Part shown: in pieces, positions 10,130 through 22,100 of the stretch
Numbering within the stretch: position 1 is the stretch's first letter
Layout: each line of letters opens with the position of its first letter
From: an uncultured Clostridia bacterium
GTDB taxonomy: Bacteria > Bacillota > Clostridia > TANB77 > CAG-508
DNA: 43,786 nt
Assembly: GCA_947628425.1 (NCBI GenBank)
Contig: CANQZV010000002.1
Location: 1-43,786 of the forward strand
Reading direction: 5' to 3'
The notes under the pieces: generated by a model
Told to the model about the DNA's origin: nothing
Database searches by the model: none
The model's input: only the letters and a program-made list of their open reading frames with translations
Position numbers and translations under genes: made by a program

Positions 10130-10660
10130 TTAATTAAAGTATTGGCTTTTTTCTTGTAAATCACTAAATTTATTTTGTCTTAATATTTCATATACAATAA
10201 TTGCTACAGAATTTGATAAATTTAATGAACGCAACCCTTCTTTCATTGGTATTCTAATTGCTTGTTTTATATTAGTTTTTATTAAATCTTCTGGTAATCC
10301 TTTTGTTTCTTTTCCAAATAATATAAATAACTCTTTAAATTTTGTATAATCTATATCTGCATAAGTTTGTTTTGATTTTGTACTAGCAAGAAAGAAATTA
10401 GAATTTATTTTTCTTTGTTCATTTTTTTGTACAACTTTTACATTATTATATTTATTAAAAAATTCTTCAATATTTTCATGTACTTCAATATCTAATTTAT
10501 CCCAATAATCTAATCCTGCTCTTTTTAAATATTTATCATCTATACTAAACCCTAATGGTTTTATTAAATGTAATTTTGCTCCTATAGCTGCACATGTTCG
10601 TGCAATATTTCCTGTATTTTGTGGTATTTCTGGTTCTACCATTACAATATTTAACTTCAT
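10130..10660 (-). CDS. trmL: tRNA (cytidine/uridine-2'-O)-methyltransferase, SpoU/TrmL type
   Basis: IVMVEPEIPQNTGNIARTCAA..LHLIKPLGF...AGLDYW... and C-terminal IRIPM...RSLNLSNSVAIIVYE are TrmL (YibK) hallmarks. Confidence 0.8.
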   Translation of the reverse strand: MKLNIVMVEPEIPQNTGNIARTCAAIGAKLHLIKPLGFSIDDKYLKRAGLDYWDKLDIEVHENIEEFFNKYNNVKVVQKNEQRKINSNFFLASTKSKQTYADIDYTKFKELFILFGKETKGLPEDLIKTNIKQAIRIPMKEGLRSLNLSNSVAIIVYEILRQNKFSDLQEKSQYFN

Positions 10661-10682
10661 GTTTCAATTATTCCTTTATTTT

Positions 10683-11822
10683 TTATCCAACAATATTCCA
10701 TCCACTTGATGAACTACCTACCAACTGGATATCTGATGATAATGTTACAACAGGTCGAATAGAATAGTCCCTTTCTGATACATAACCATAAGAGCAGTAT
10801 AAATAAAAATCATAATATGTTAGGTTATCGTTATATAAATGAGATAAATAAAAACAAGCATATTGCGTATTTCCATAACTAACACATGATGAAAGCCATT
10901 GAGTTTTGTAATTTTCATTTTTTTCACCCTTAGAAATTAAATTTGAAATTGATATTCCATCTTGAGTTTTTTGTTTTATTTTTTCAGATAATAAATAGCT
11001 ATAATATTTATATTCTATTTCATCTGAAATTCCAGGATTTTCTTTACTAATTTCATTTGTTTCTCCTGGCATTTTAAAAGTCTGATGTTCTGTTATATTT
11101 GACCAGTCAGTCCACTCTCCTGTTCTATTATATCTGTATTGCATATATTCTCCACCCTCTGGAAATTGATATTGCCACTTTTCGCCATATTTTCTTCCAT
11201 CAGAGAATACATAGGTTTCTGGGTTATAATTTGCTAGTTTATTAATATCTTCTGCTTTTAAGTTTCTTGCACTAATTGCATATTCTCCTTTTCCATATAA
11301 TTCATTACAAGTTGTATCTAATATTTTTTCTCCATTTAAATATCCTTCTTCTCCTCCTAAACCTAATGTACCAGTGGTTGGGTTCGTACTAATTAGTTCT
11401 AATTCTCCTTTATTATTTACTCCTAATATTCTCCATTCTATATCTTCTGTATTAATTATTTGTCTTTTTTCATTAGATTGGAAACCACTTTCTGTGTCTG
11501 CTACTTCATATGCTTTAACTCCATTAGATAATTCATTATAAGATATTTTATCTCCTATGTGAACTGTTATTTCACCATTTGTAATTCCTTCTTCTGTTTC
11601 TTTCCATGAAAATGCTTCTTCAGCTGCAGTGTTTTTTTGATATATTTCATTTATATTATTTAAATTTCTTTCATAAATAGATTTTATTTGATCTGTTCTT
11701 TCTGATACTGTTTGTATTTTGTTTATATTTCCTGCATATAGTATTACTAAAAATCCTGTATAAAATAATAATGCAATTAAAACAAATACGGTAACAGAAC
11801 CTTTTTGTGATTTTACTTTCAT
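10683..11822 (-). CDS. hypothetical membrane-anchored protein with PilX-N-like N-terminus
   Basis: Start at MKVKSQKGSVTVFVLIALLFYTGFLVIL after AAGGAAGG. The basic-GS-hydrophobic N-terminus resembles PilX-N/ComGG-like pseudopilin leaders. The C-terminal ...YSIRPVVTLS... motif is common in uncharacterised Firmicute surface proteins. Confidence 0.55.
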   Translation of the reverse strand: MKVKSQKGSVTVFVLIALLFYTGFLVILYAGNINKIQTVSERTDQIKSIYERNLNNINEIYQKNTAAEEAFSWKETEEGITNGEITVHIGDKISYNELSNGVKAYEVADTESGFQSNEKRQIINTEDIEWRILGVNNKGELELISTNPTTGTLGLGGEEGYLNGEKILDTTCNELYGKGEYAISARNLKAEDINKLANYNPETYVFSDGRKYGEKWQYQFPEGGEYMQYRYNRTGEWTDWSNITEHQTFKMPGETNEISKENPGISDEIEYKYYSYLLSEKIKQKTQDGISISNLISKGEKNENYKTQWLSSCVSYGNTQYACFYLSHLYNDNLTYYDFYLYCSYGYVSERDYSIRPVVTLSSDIQLVGSSSSGWNIVG

Positions 11823-12037
11823 ATTTAATACCCTTCCTTTCAAAAGGCACAAATTAAGTTTTTAAATAATTAAAATTTCTTATAGAAAATTAATATTAAT
11901 TATTTTTTAACTTTTATCTTGTGTTTTTTAACAATATGTATTTTTTATAATAATAGAAAAATAATACATTTTTATTATATTAATAATTATATTATAAAAA
12001 TATAATTATTTCAATACATTTTTACATCTTCTTATTC

Positions 12038-12066
12038 TTGACTTTTTTATTTTAAAATCATATACT
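12038..12066 (+). promoter_or_regulatory. candidate sigma-A promoter of the oxidoreductase operon (TTGACT-17 nt-TATACT)
   Basis: Near-consensus -35 and -10 with a 17-nt spacer, about 60 nt upstream of the ATG at 12127. Confidence 0.4.
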
Positions 12067-12126
12067 TAATATGCTATTTAAAATATTTATTATACATAAT
12101 TAAAATTTTGTAAAAGGAGGTTTCAA

Positions 12127-12711
12127 ATGACGAATGATTTAATCGAAATAAGATGGCATGGTAGAGGTGGTCAAGGTGCAAAAACTGCATCACTTTTACT
12201 TGCTGATGCTGCATTCAATACTGGTAAATATATTCAGGGTTTTCCAGAATATGGTCCAGAAAGAATGGGAGCACCAATTACAGCATACAACAGAATAAGT
12301 AATACACCTATTACTATTCATTCTAATATATATTACCCAGATTTTGTTGTAGTTGTAGATGATACTTTGTTAGAGAGTGTTGATGTAACTGCTGGTCTAA
12401 AAAATGATGGTGGTATTATTATTAACACAACTAAATCAGATAATGAAGTAAAATCTTTATTAAATAATTATAAGGGCAGTATTTATACAATTGATGCAAG
12501 AAAGATTTCTTTAGATGCACTTGGAAAATATTTTCCAAATGTTCCTATGCTTGCCGGTATTGTTAAAATTTCTGGTATTATGACAGATGAAGAATTAATA
12601 AAGGATATGGAGGGCTCATTTAAACATAAATTTGCAAAAAAACCCGAAGTAATAGAAGGAAATATGAATGCTTTAAAAAATGCTTTAAATGAGGTTAAAA
12701 AAATTAATTAA
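12127..12711 (+). CDS. porC: pyruvate/2-oxoacid:ferredoxin oxidoreductase gamma subunit
   Basis: IRWHGRGGQGAKTASLLLADAA...GPERMGAP is typical of the gamma subunit. First gene of a gamma-delta-alpha-beta operon. Confidence 0.85.
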   Translation: MTNDLIEIRWHGRGGQGAKTASLLLADAAFNTGKYIQGFPEYGPERMGAPITAYNRISNTPITIHSNIYYPDFVVVVDDTLLESVDVTAGLKNDGGIIINTTKSDNEVKSLLNNYKGSIYTIDARKISLDALGKYFPNVPMLAGIVKISGIMTDEELIKDMEGSFKHKFAKKPEVIEGNMNALKNALNEVKKIN

Positions 12712-12739
12712 TTGTAATTTTTAAAAGGAGGTAAATTAA

Positions 12740-13027
12740 ATGAAAATATCTTCAGAAACTCCAGCAGAAAAATTAACTATTGGTGGTAATATATATGATG
12801 CTGGAAATGCAAGAGAATTTAAAACAGGAGATTGGAAATCTGTAAAACCTGTTTATCTATCTGATAAATGTAAACAATGTGGTTTATGTTTTCCAGTTTG
12901 CCCAGATGATGCTATACCAGTTAATAAAGAACAAAAAAGAGAAGATTTTAATTATGATTATTGCAAAGGATGCGGAGTATGTGCTAAAGTATGCCCTTTT
13001 GGTGCAATTGAAATGGAATCAATATAA
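12740..13027 (+). CDS. porD: pyruvate/2-oxoacid:ferredoxin oxidoreductase delta subunit (2x[4Fe-4S])
   Basis: Two ferredoxin-type clusters, CKQCGLCFPVCP and CKGCGVCAKVCP. Confidence 0.85.
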   Translation: MKISSETPAEKLTIGGNIYDAGNAREFKTGDWKSVKPVYLSDKCKQCGLCFPVCPDDAIPVNKEQKREDFNYDYCKGCGVCAKVCPFGAIEMESI

Positions 13028-13064
13028 TTTAGAAAATTTAAAAAAGAAAGGTAGGTAAAAATAT

Positions 13065-14255
13065 ATGTCTATTAGAGAACGTTTAAGTGGTAATGAAGCT
13101 GTTGCTACTGCAATGAAACAGATTAATCCTGATGTTGTTGCAGCATTTCCTATTACACCTTCTACAGAAATACCACAATATTTCTCAACTTTTGTTAGTA
13201 ATGGTCAAGTAGATACTGAATTTGTTGCTGTTGAGAGTGAGCATAGTGCAATGAGTGCTTGTATTGGTGCAGAAGCTGCTGGAGCTAGAGCTATGACTGC
13301 TACATCTGCAAACGGTCTTTCTCTTATGTGGGAAATGATTTATATTGCATCTAGTCTTAGATTGCCAATTGTTTTATCATTGGTAAATAGAGCTGTATCT
13401 GGTCCATTAAATATACATAATGATCATTCTGATGCAATGGGAGTAAGAGATGCTGGTTGGATTATGCTATTTAGTGAAAATAATCAAGAAGCTTACGACA
13501 ATACAATTATGGCACATAGAATTGCTGAAAACAAAGATGTTATGCTTCCATTAATGATATGCCAAGATGGTTTTATTACATCACATTCTATTGAAAATAT
13601 AGAATTAATCGAAGATAGTAAAGTAAAAGAATTTGTAGGTGAATATCACCCAGAACATTATTTATTAAATAAAAAAGAGCCAATTGCTATTGGTCCTTTA
13701 GATTTACAAGCATACCTATTTGAGCATAAATTTCAACAAGCTGAAGCAATGAGAAATGCAAAAAGAGTTATTGAAGAAGTGTCTAAAGATTTTGAAAAAT
13801 TAACTGGCAGAAAATATTCATTTTTTGAGGAATATAAATCTCAAGATGCAGATTATATTATTGTTTGCATGAACTCTACTGCTGGAACTACAAAATATGT
13901 TGTAGATAAATTAAGAGAAAAAGGAATTAAGGCAGGTTTAGTAAAGGTTCGTATGTATAGACCTTTCCCTGTAGAGGAAATTGCTAAGGCATTATCAAAT
14001 GCAAAAGTAGTTGCAATTCTTGATAAATCAGATTCATTAAATGGTGCAGGTGGTGCATTATTTGAAGATGTTACATCTTCTATGTATACTCAACAAACTT
14101 ATGTGCCTACTGTAAATTATATATATGGTATTGGTGGTAGAGATACTAAAGCAGAAGATATTGAATCTGTTTTTGAAGATTTACAAAAAATAGATATAAG
14201 CAAAAAAATAGAAGATCCTTATAGATATTTAGGTGTTAGAAGGGAGGAAAAATAA
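13065..14255 (+). CDS. porA: pyruvate/2-oxoacid:ferredoxin oxidoreductase alpha subunit
   Basis: 396 aa. LSGNEAVA...AAFPITPSTEI...ESEHSAMSACIGA is typical of alpha subunits. Confidence 0.88.
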   Translation: MSIRERLSGNEAVATAMKQINPDVVAAFPITPSTEIPQYFSTFVSNGQVDTEFVAVESEHSAMSACIGAEAAGARAMTATSANGLSLMWEMIYIASSLRLPIVLSLVNRAVSGPLNIHNDHSDAMGVRDAGWIMLFSENNQEAYDNTIMAHRIAENKDVMLPLMICQDGFITSHSIENIELIEDSKVKEFVGEYHPEHYLLNKKEPIAIGPLDLQAYLFEHKFQQAEAMRNAKRVIEEVSKDFEKLTGRKYSFFEEYKSQDADYIIVCMNSTAGTTKYVVDKLREKGIKAGLVKVRMYRPFPVEEIAKALSNAKVVAILDKSDSLNGAGGALFEDVTSSMYTQQTYVPTVNYIYGIGGRDTKAEDIESVFEDLQKIDISKKIEDPYRYLGVRREEK

Positions 14256-15209
14256 ATGGCATATAATTTAAAAGAAGTAATTGCTAATAAACCTTCTAGG
14301 TTTACATCAGGACATAGAATGTGTGCAGGTTGCGGAGCTCCTGTTGTAGGAAGAATGATTTTAAGAGCATTAAAAGAAGAAGATCATGCTGTTATTTGTA
14401 ATGCAACTGGTTGTATGGAGGTTTCTACTTTTATTTATCCATATACAGCATGGACTGATTCTTTTATACATACTGCTTTTGAATGTGCAGGAGCAACTTT
14501 ATCTGGAGTAGAGGCTGCATATGTTTCTATGAAGAAACAGGGAAAACTACCAGAAGATGAACACACAAAGTTTATAGCTTTTGGTGGAGATGGTGGAACT
14601 TATGATATTGGCCTTCAAAGCCTTTCTGGGGCAATGGAAAGAGGTCATGATATGGTTTATGTATGTTATGATAATGGAGCTTATATGAATACTGGTATTC
14701 AACGTTCATCTGCTACACCTCATTTTGCAGATACTACCACTTCTCCCGCTGGTACAGTAATTCCTGGCAAAATGCAAATTAGAAAAGATTTAACACAAAT
14801 TATGGCTGGTCATCATTTACCATATGTCGCACAATCTGCAGCTTATATGAATTTTAAAGATTTATATGAAAAATCTGAAAAAGCAATCTATACAAAAGGT
14901 GCATGTTTCTTAAATGTTTTAGCCCCATGTCCTAGAGGATGGGGATACTCTACAGATGAATTAATGAAAATTAATAAATTAGCTGTAGATACATGCTATT
15001 GGCCTTTATATGAAGTAATTGATGGTAAATATAAAATTAATTATAAACCTGCAAAAAAACTTCCAGTAGAAGAATTTTTAAAACCACAAAAAAGATTTAA
15101 ACATATGTTTAAACCTGGTAATGAGTGGATGATAGAAGAATTCCAAAAAGAAGTTGATAAACGTTGGGAAGAATTACTAAATTTAGAAGAAGTTACAAAT
15201 AAAGAGTAA
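14256..15209 (+). CDS. porB: pyruvate/2-oxoacid:ferredoxin oxidoreductase beta subunit (TPP-binding)
   Basis: CAGCG Cys motif and TPP motif GGDGGTYDIGLQSL...DNGAYMNTG. Its start abuts the alpha-subunit stop. Confidence 0.88.
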   Translation: MAYNLKEVIANKPSRFTSGHRMCAGCGAPVVGRMILRALKEEDHAVICNATGCMEVSTFIYPYTAWTDSFIHTAFECAGATLSGVEAAYVSMKKQGKLPEDEHTKFIAFGGDGGTYDIGLQSLSGAMERGHDMVYVCYDNGAYMNTGIQRSSATPHFADTTTSPAGTVIPGKMQIRKDLTQIMAGHHLPYVAQSAAYMNFKDLYEKSEKAIYTKGACFLNVLAPCPRGWGYSTDELMKINKLAVDTCYWPLYEVIDGKYKINYKPAKKLPVEEFLKPQKRFKHMFKPGNEWMIEEFQKEVDKRWEELLNLEEVTNKE

Positions 15210-15223
15210 AATGCTTATAAAAT

Positions 15224-15250
15224 AAAGCGACACATTTTTGTGTCGCTTTT
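15224..15250. terminator. bidirectional rho-independent terminator between porB and the convergent cohesin-like gene
   Basis: aaagcgacac ttttt gtgtcgcttt with A/T runs on both sides. Confidence 0.7.
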
Positions 15251-15263
15251 AAAATTAATTATT

Positions 15264-16010
15264 TTAAATATTTTTATATTTTTTATAAGATACATAAGAT
15301 ATAATTGCAAATACAGTTAATATAGCAATTGCTATAATGCTTTTTACTTCTAACCCTGTTTGTGGTAGTTTTTTGTCTTTATTATTAGAATTGCCATTAT
15401 TACTATTATTAGGTTTATTATTACTACTATCATTATTTTTTGATGATGAGTCATCATCTTCGTTTGTACTGGGTGTATTTGGGTTACTTTCATTATTATC
15501 ATCATCATTATCTGTATCATTATTTCCTACAGTTGTATCATCTGCTTTTATTGTAATTGTTACATTTGCATCTTCTGCAGATATATTTTCTTGTTCTTGA
15601 CTGCTATTTACAAGTGCTAAAGTTGCACTTGTAACACTGATTGTAGCTGTTCCTTCTTCTGCTGTATCTAATACTTTAAATGTTAAATTGTATAGTGTTC
15701 CTGCTTTTAATAAAGAGTTATTATCTGTTGAAAGAATAGCAATTTCAGAATTACTTCCAGATGCATCTGTGAATCCTGTTCCAGCTGATTTGTTTTCTAA
15801 TGATAATTTTGTTTCGTCAAATGATAAAGCAGCTTGTAATGCTGTTATATTTTCGTCTGCATTACCTAATAATGTAACTGTAAATGTATTTCCTTTTACT
15901 ACTTGATTTGAATTAGCTTCCAATGATATACTTCCAGTTGCTGCATTAACAACTGTAACCATTGATACTACAAATATAACTGTTAAAATTGATATTAAAA
16001 CTTTTTTCAT
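15264..16010 (-). CDS. LPXTG-anchored surface protein with a cohesin-like module
   Basis: Start at MKKVLISILTV... (signal peptide) after AAAGGAG. About 135 aa of beta-rich module (GSISLEANSNQVVKGNTFTVTLLG...ALQAALSFDETKLSL...GTLYNLTFKVLDTAEEGTATISV) fit the cohesin pattern. An N/D/S-rich stalk follows. LPQTG (15354-15368), a TM helix and a basic tail form the sortase signal. Confidence 0.6.
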   Translation of the reverse strand: MKKVLISILTVIFVVSMVTVVNAATGSISLEANSNQVVKGNTFTVTLLGNADENITALQAALSFDETKLSLENKSAGTGFTDASGSNSEIAILSTDNNSLLKAGTLYNLTFKVLDTAEEGTATISVTSATLALVNSSQEQENISAEDANVTITIKADDTTVGNNDTDNDDDNNESNPNTPSTNEDDDSSSKNNDSSNNKPNNSNNGNSNNKDKKLPQTGLEVKSIIAIAILTVFAIISYVSYKKYKNI

Positions 16011-16100
16011 ATTTTTTTCTCCTTTTTCTTCTTTTAGTATATACATATTTTAAAATAAAATCAAGTTTTTTTAATTAATTTTTATTTTTTTTGGTATCTT

Positions 16101-16152
16101 TTGGGGCAAGTTTTTTACTTGCCCCAAGCTAAGGAAATCCAAAACTTAGCTT
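16101..16152 (-). terminator. two tandem GC-containing hairpins between the giant gene and the cohesin-like gene (no U-tract on the transcribed strand)
   Basis: ttggggcaag/cttgccccaa (16101-16127) and aagctaag/cttagctt (16126-16152). On the minus strand they are followed by A-rich rather than T-rich sequence, so this is not a canonical terminator. Confidence 0.35.
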
Positions 16153-16181
16153 TATATAATATTTACTATTATATACTTAAA

Positions 16182-19100
16182 TTATAGAACACTAACTCTT
16201 CCTAAACGATAGTTATTCATTGCAACAATGTCTGGTATAAATTCAATTGCTCCACTGTTATTAATATCTCCTGCTAGTAATTGAATAGTATTTAAGTTTC
16301 TATTTTGTCCTATTCTATAGTTATTTATCATAACAATGTCACTTAAAAATTCTACTTTACCATCACAATTAACATCACCATTTACAATAATTATATATTT
16401 TGTAGTTCCATCAATTGTTATTGTACTTCCTGTTTTTAACTTGTTGTCTGTTGTTAAATTATTATACTCTGGTGTTTTTCCATTAAGTGTTTTTTGGTTT
16501 ATTTTTTCTGTTAATTGTTGTGTTGTATATTCTGGTGATACTTTTACGTATTTTTCACCGTTTTTCTGAATTGTTGTTAAGTCTTCAAATACAATATCTA
16601 TGTCTGTATTAGTATCGTTTTGTGATGATTTTTTAATATTTGTTATTTCTATAGTATTATATACTTTATTTCCTGCAATATCTGTTGCTTCTGCATACAC
16701 TGTACCATTTTCAGAAAGAATTACTATTGTGCTATCTGCTGATTGTGTTTTTCCTTGTATTCCTGCTTTTCTATTTTTAATTAATGCATTTCCATATTCA
16801 ACTTTTACAATTACATTTTCTTCTGTTTCTTGTGTTATGTTTGGTGCAAAGGTAATTGTAGATTTGTTAACTTCATATCCTTTTGTTCTTTTATTTAAAG
16901 TATTACCTGCTAAATCTGTAATTTTTATATATAAATAGTATGTTCCTTCATTATCTACTTGTGTTGTTAATGGAATATCTCCATTTACCTCAATTGTATT
17001 TACATTTACTGTTTGCCATCCTGTTGTTGGTTGGCTTGTTTCGGTTGACCATACATATTCAAATTTAGATAATTCTTCATTTACAACAACTATTTCTTTA
17101 ATAGTAGATTTATTTGTATCTGTATTTATTGCATATGAACCGCCATTTATTTTTGCTCTTATTTCTGGTGCAATTGTATCTACTATTACTTTATTATAAG
17201 TAACTCTTTCAGAATTTGGGTTTCCTGCAATATCGGTACATACATTTGCATTTACTTTTATTATTTGTCTTCCCTCTCCTGTTACATCTACTTCCAAAGT
17301 ATATACTGTTGAACTTACGCTAGTCCATTTTCCTTTTGAACCATTAGCTACTTCCACATCTCCTATTGTAAAGTCTTTTACTGGTTCACTCCAAGTAAAT
17401 GTATAAGTTATTGTTTCTTTATTTGTTCTTTCAACATCAGATGTAATTACTACGGTAGGTGCAATTGTGTCTGCAGTTATTTGGTTTCCTTCTAATGTTA
17501 CATTAGTAGGAGCTACCCATACGTTATCATATAAATCTGTTAAACCTGTTCCTGTGTATGATTCAATTGCTAATTTACCATTATCTCCATCTGTAATTGT
17601 ATAAGTATAAGTAATTGTATTATTTACTATTTCTCCTGTACTTACTGAACCTTTTGCTGATGTTTCTCCAAATTTTAATTTTAATACAGGTGCCGTTCCT
17701 GTAACTTTTTCATTGAATGTTACTACAATTGTTATTTTTTGACCTGCTTTATATGTTCCTGTTACAGGATCAGTTACTTTTATATTAGATAAAATTGGTG
17801 CTTCTTGATCTTTATAGTTAAATAAGTTTCCTGCTCTATCTGATATACTTGCAAATTTAATTCCATATGCACCTAAATTTTTTGTATATGGGTTATAAGT
17901 ATAAGTGATTACTGTTTTATTATCTATTACTTCTATATTAGAAATTACTGTTTCTAATGGTGTTTTATTATCACTACTTACCAATAAAATTGGTGCTGAT
18001 GACTTATTTGAATTAGATAATCTACTTCCAACTGTATGAGTATTTATATCGTATTCATATAATTCTTCACTAAATGTTACTCTCCAACTTCCGTTTTGAT
18101 TATCTACAATTCCATATTTTTCGTTTTCTATCCAAGATTGCCAATTTGTTACTGGATAAACTGTATCTGCAGTAATTTCAGCTACTGTTTGTGTTTTTAT
18201 ATTATTTCCATTAAGTGCTATATCATAGCATTGATTTTCAGCTATATTTAAGTTTAGTTCTCCATTATTGTTTTCTTGTACTTTATAAGTATAAGTAAAT
18301 ATTGTTTTATTATCTTTATATTCTACATTTGTACATTCTCCAGTACCTGTTCCATTTGTTTCAAATCCTATATTTAGTTTTGGTGCTGTTGAGTTTGTAA
18401 ATAACTCTAAATTTTTATTATTATTTTTATAACTATACTCATTTGTACTAGCAATTATTGTAATTATACTTCCTTTTCTATAGAAATTACCACTTTGTAT
18501 TGTATTACCATTCTCATCTTTATTTATTGCACTTGCTGTTATTGTAAAAGATGGTTTTGTTGTATCTGCAGTAATTCTTTCTATTTTATTTTCTTTAACA
18601 ATACTTTCTTCATATTCTTCTAAACTTGGTAATGTACTTGATGTTGTTAAATTTAAATTGTTTCCTGCTTTATCATAAACATTTCCTGTTATATTAATAT
18701 TTGCTAAATCTCCATTATCCCCTGAAGTAATATTGTAAGTATAATAAATTTTGTTTCCTTCTACTTTATTAAATGTTGCTGTTCTTTCATCTGAATTTCC
18801 AAATTTAAGTTTCAAAATTGGTTTATTATTATCATCAATACCATTTAAGATATTAGAATTTAAATTGAACACATCTTCACTATATGTTGTGATAATAACA
18901 ATTGTATTATTTTCTCTTGTTTTACTTTGTATTCCATATCTTTTTATATCTTTTGGATTTGTTAATAATTCATCATATTCAAAATTTGGTGCAATTGCTG
19001 TTATTCCAGTTAATTTTGGAGCTGTTGTATCTGTTATAATTGTGTCTCCATCTAGTGTTCTTTTTGTAACTATTGTTTCGTTTTCTGCTGCATCTAATAC

Positions 19101-22100
19101 TTTTCCATTAAATCCTTTTACCGTTAATATACCTTCATCTCCTGATGTAACAGTGTATGTATAAGTTATTTTATTTCCTTCTATAACTCCTTCTGAAACT
19201 TTTGATTTTGCATTACCACTTTCACTAAATTGTAATGTTAATTTAGGAGCAATTGTTGTTTTATCTTCAATGTTTTCATTAAAAGTAGCAATAATTGTAA
19301 TTTTATCTCCATCTTTATAGTATTCTTTTACTGTATCTACTGCTTCGTTTATTTGTATATTAGAATTTGTATATGCCTCTAAACTAATTAATATTGGAGC
19401 TTGTTTGTCTACTCTTATTGTACTTTCTGCTTTTACATTTTCATGTCCAACCATATCTTGACATGCGTTTTGCTCAATTATTACTTGTATTTCTCCTACA
19501 TTACCTTTTTCTATATTTGTTGTTACATCCATTGTATATGTGTATGTTCCATCTATTTCTTGAAAACCATCTGATAATATTCCTTTTGTTCCATTATTTA
19601 CTGTTATATCTTCTGTTGTAAATCCTACTACCTCTTCACTCCATGTAAATGTATATCTAATAGTATTGGCATTTGTAATGTTATTTGTTATACCATATAT
19701 ATTTTCTCCATCAACCTTTTCTGCTGTTATTTGAACAGTTGGTAAAGTTGTATCTGCATATATTTCATACTGATTTATATTGTTACTAACACCAACAGGA
19801 TCTAAAATGATATCTGGTATATCTGTTTTTGAGCTAATTGCATTATCTGATATTGTTTGATATTGGTTTAAATCTTCTGATTTATATGTGTCATACCATT
19901 TTTCTGAAAATGCTATTAAACCATTTGTTGCTGCTGTTGTTCCATTTATTTGTACTGTATTTGTGTTATTTTCATTTTTCAAATCAATACTTTTTATTTC
20001 TGTTAATTCATTAATTTTATATGTATCGATATCAAATCTGTATGTTATAGTTGTTGTTCCATTTTTTCCTTCTTGCGTTTCTGTTGTGTCTACATGATTT
20101 GTTACAGTAATTTCATCAATAGAAGTGTTTTTTATAGCTGTACTACCATTTAAATATAAGCTTGGTGCTCTATCTCTATTACTGTTATCTAATCTTACAT
20201 TTGTATTTTTTCCATCAGATAACCCATAATGTACATATAATACTTTATCAAATTTTACTAATACAATTAAATCATCATCTTTTGTAAAATAAGTTTGTGA
20301 ATTAACTTTATTTTCTTCAGCAACTGAATTTTTATAAAATTCATAAGTTGCTCCTAAGTTATTATTCCATGAAGTTCCACTTACATTACCTCTATTTGAA
20401 TCTTGTGGTGTATATAAATCTTTTATGTTTGTAGTATTTCCTGCTAAATCTGCTATAACTCCTGATATATACTCAAGTTGTACTTCTCCTTCATCTCCTG
20501 TTTGAATTTGGTATTTATATGTCCATGTTGTTGTTCCATCTACATTAATTTTTGCATTTTCACATTTAGCTATTCCTACACTTTCATTTTCTTTTGTATA
20601 ATTATATTTTCCTACTCCACTTTTTGAAAAACTAACTTTTATATTTGGAGTAACACATTTTCCTGTAATTGGTTCACTTGTTGTAATTTCAAATAATATT
20701 TCTTTTCCTGTTGTGTATTTTCCTGTTTCTAAAGCATTTTTTACATATACTTTTGTATAAATAGTTGGTTTTACTGTATCTATATACATTTCTTTCATGT
20801 TAGTAGATATTTCAGATGTAGTAATTTCTGGATGATTTGTACTATACTCACCATCACTAATTGCATAAATTCTTCCATTTTTTGCTAGATTTAGGCTTGT
20901 AATAGTCATATTATCTTCTGCTTGCACTTTATAAGTATAATCTATTGTTGTAGTATAATTTGAGCTACTTACATTAATTGTTCCTGGAGTCATTTCTTTT
21001 TCGTTATTTAAAGTTAAAGTTGGTGCAGTTGTAATTTTAGTTAAAGGCCCATAAGTTTCTGCTAAATATTTATTAAACTTAACTGTTATTTTTATGGTAT
21101 CTCCTTCTTTGTAATATGCACTACCATTAATTTTATTATTATTTTTATATATAGTATAAGTTACAAATGTACCTGTACTTGTATCAAAAAGTTCTTTTAA
21201 TTCTTCATTATCTGGCATTTCAAAATTGTCTGTGCTTCTATTATAATTATATGTTGTTGTATTGTTATTAACATATACTGTTAAACCTTCTTGAATTTGT
21301 TCTTCTTTATTCGTAATATTACTTTCTACCATAACAGGATAAAAAGTAATAATATTTTCATCACTTGAAGTTACCTTTGTATTAGATTCATAGTATTTAC
21401 TCTCTTTTAGTCTACCATAAGATTGTTTAACAATTTCTGTATGTTCTGAATCTTTTGTTAAGTCTTCTTTTCCTTTAATAAAATTATTTACCATAAATCC
21501 TTTCGCATTTTCAGAACTTTCATCTTGTATATATCCCCATACTTCACCTGCTAAGTATCCCCATTCTTTTTCAGGTGCTTCTTCTTTTGTTGACTTTATA
21601 TTTAATGAATTATTAATGCAAGATCTCATTATATCATATCCAGCTGAATTTCCAGATAATTGACCTGCAATTCCACCTATATCTACATATCCAATTATTT
21701 CTCCATTATTAATACAGCCATCTATAATTGAATAATATGTATTATCATTTGTAAATGATGCTGAACTTCTACCTACAATTCCTCCTGCATTTTGTGGATT
21801 TAATGTGTATTTTTGTCCTGAAACATAAATACTAATATTTTCTGTTGCTATACTTATTTTAGCATTATTTGAGCACGCTTGAACAATTGATGAATGTTCT
21901 TGATTTCCTATAATTCCTCCTGCTGTACCATACAAAGAATATATTGCTCCTAAATTTTTAGAATTAGTAACCTTAGCAACATTTTCTCCTGAGAAATTTA
22001 ATTTTGTACTACTTTTATTAACTGATTCGTCTCCATAATTAAATCCTACTATTCCTCCTACTGAATCAAAACCATTAATACTACCATTATTTTTACAATT

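Noticed and set aside
16336-20097. Several 69-137-aa plus-strand ORFs inside the giant gene (16336..16569, 16600..16938, 18751..19164, 19394..19621, 19888..20097). Similar antisense ORFs occur inside gatB, gatA, adhE, the M23 gene, spoIIE, the kinase gene and the recombinase gene.
   Set aside because: They lie wholly antisense to long, clearly conserved genes. They lack RBS motifs. They translate to Leu/Phe/Ile/Ser-rich low-complexity strings, as expected from the reverse complement of AT-rich coding DNA.
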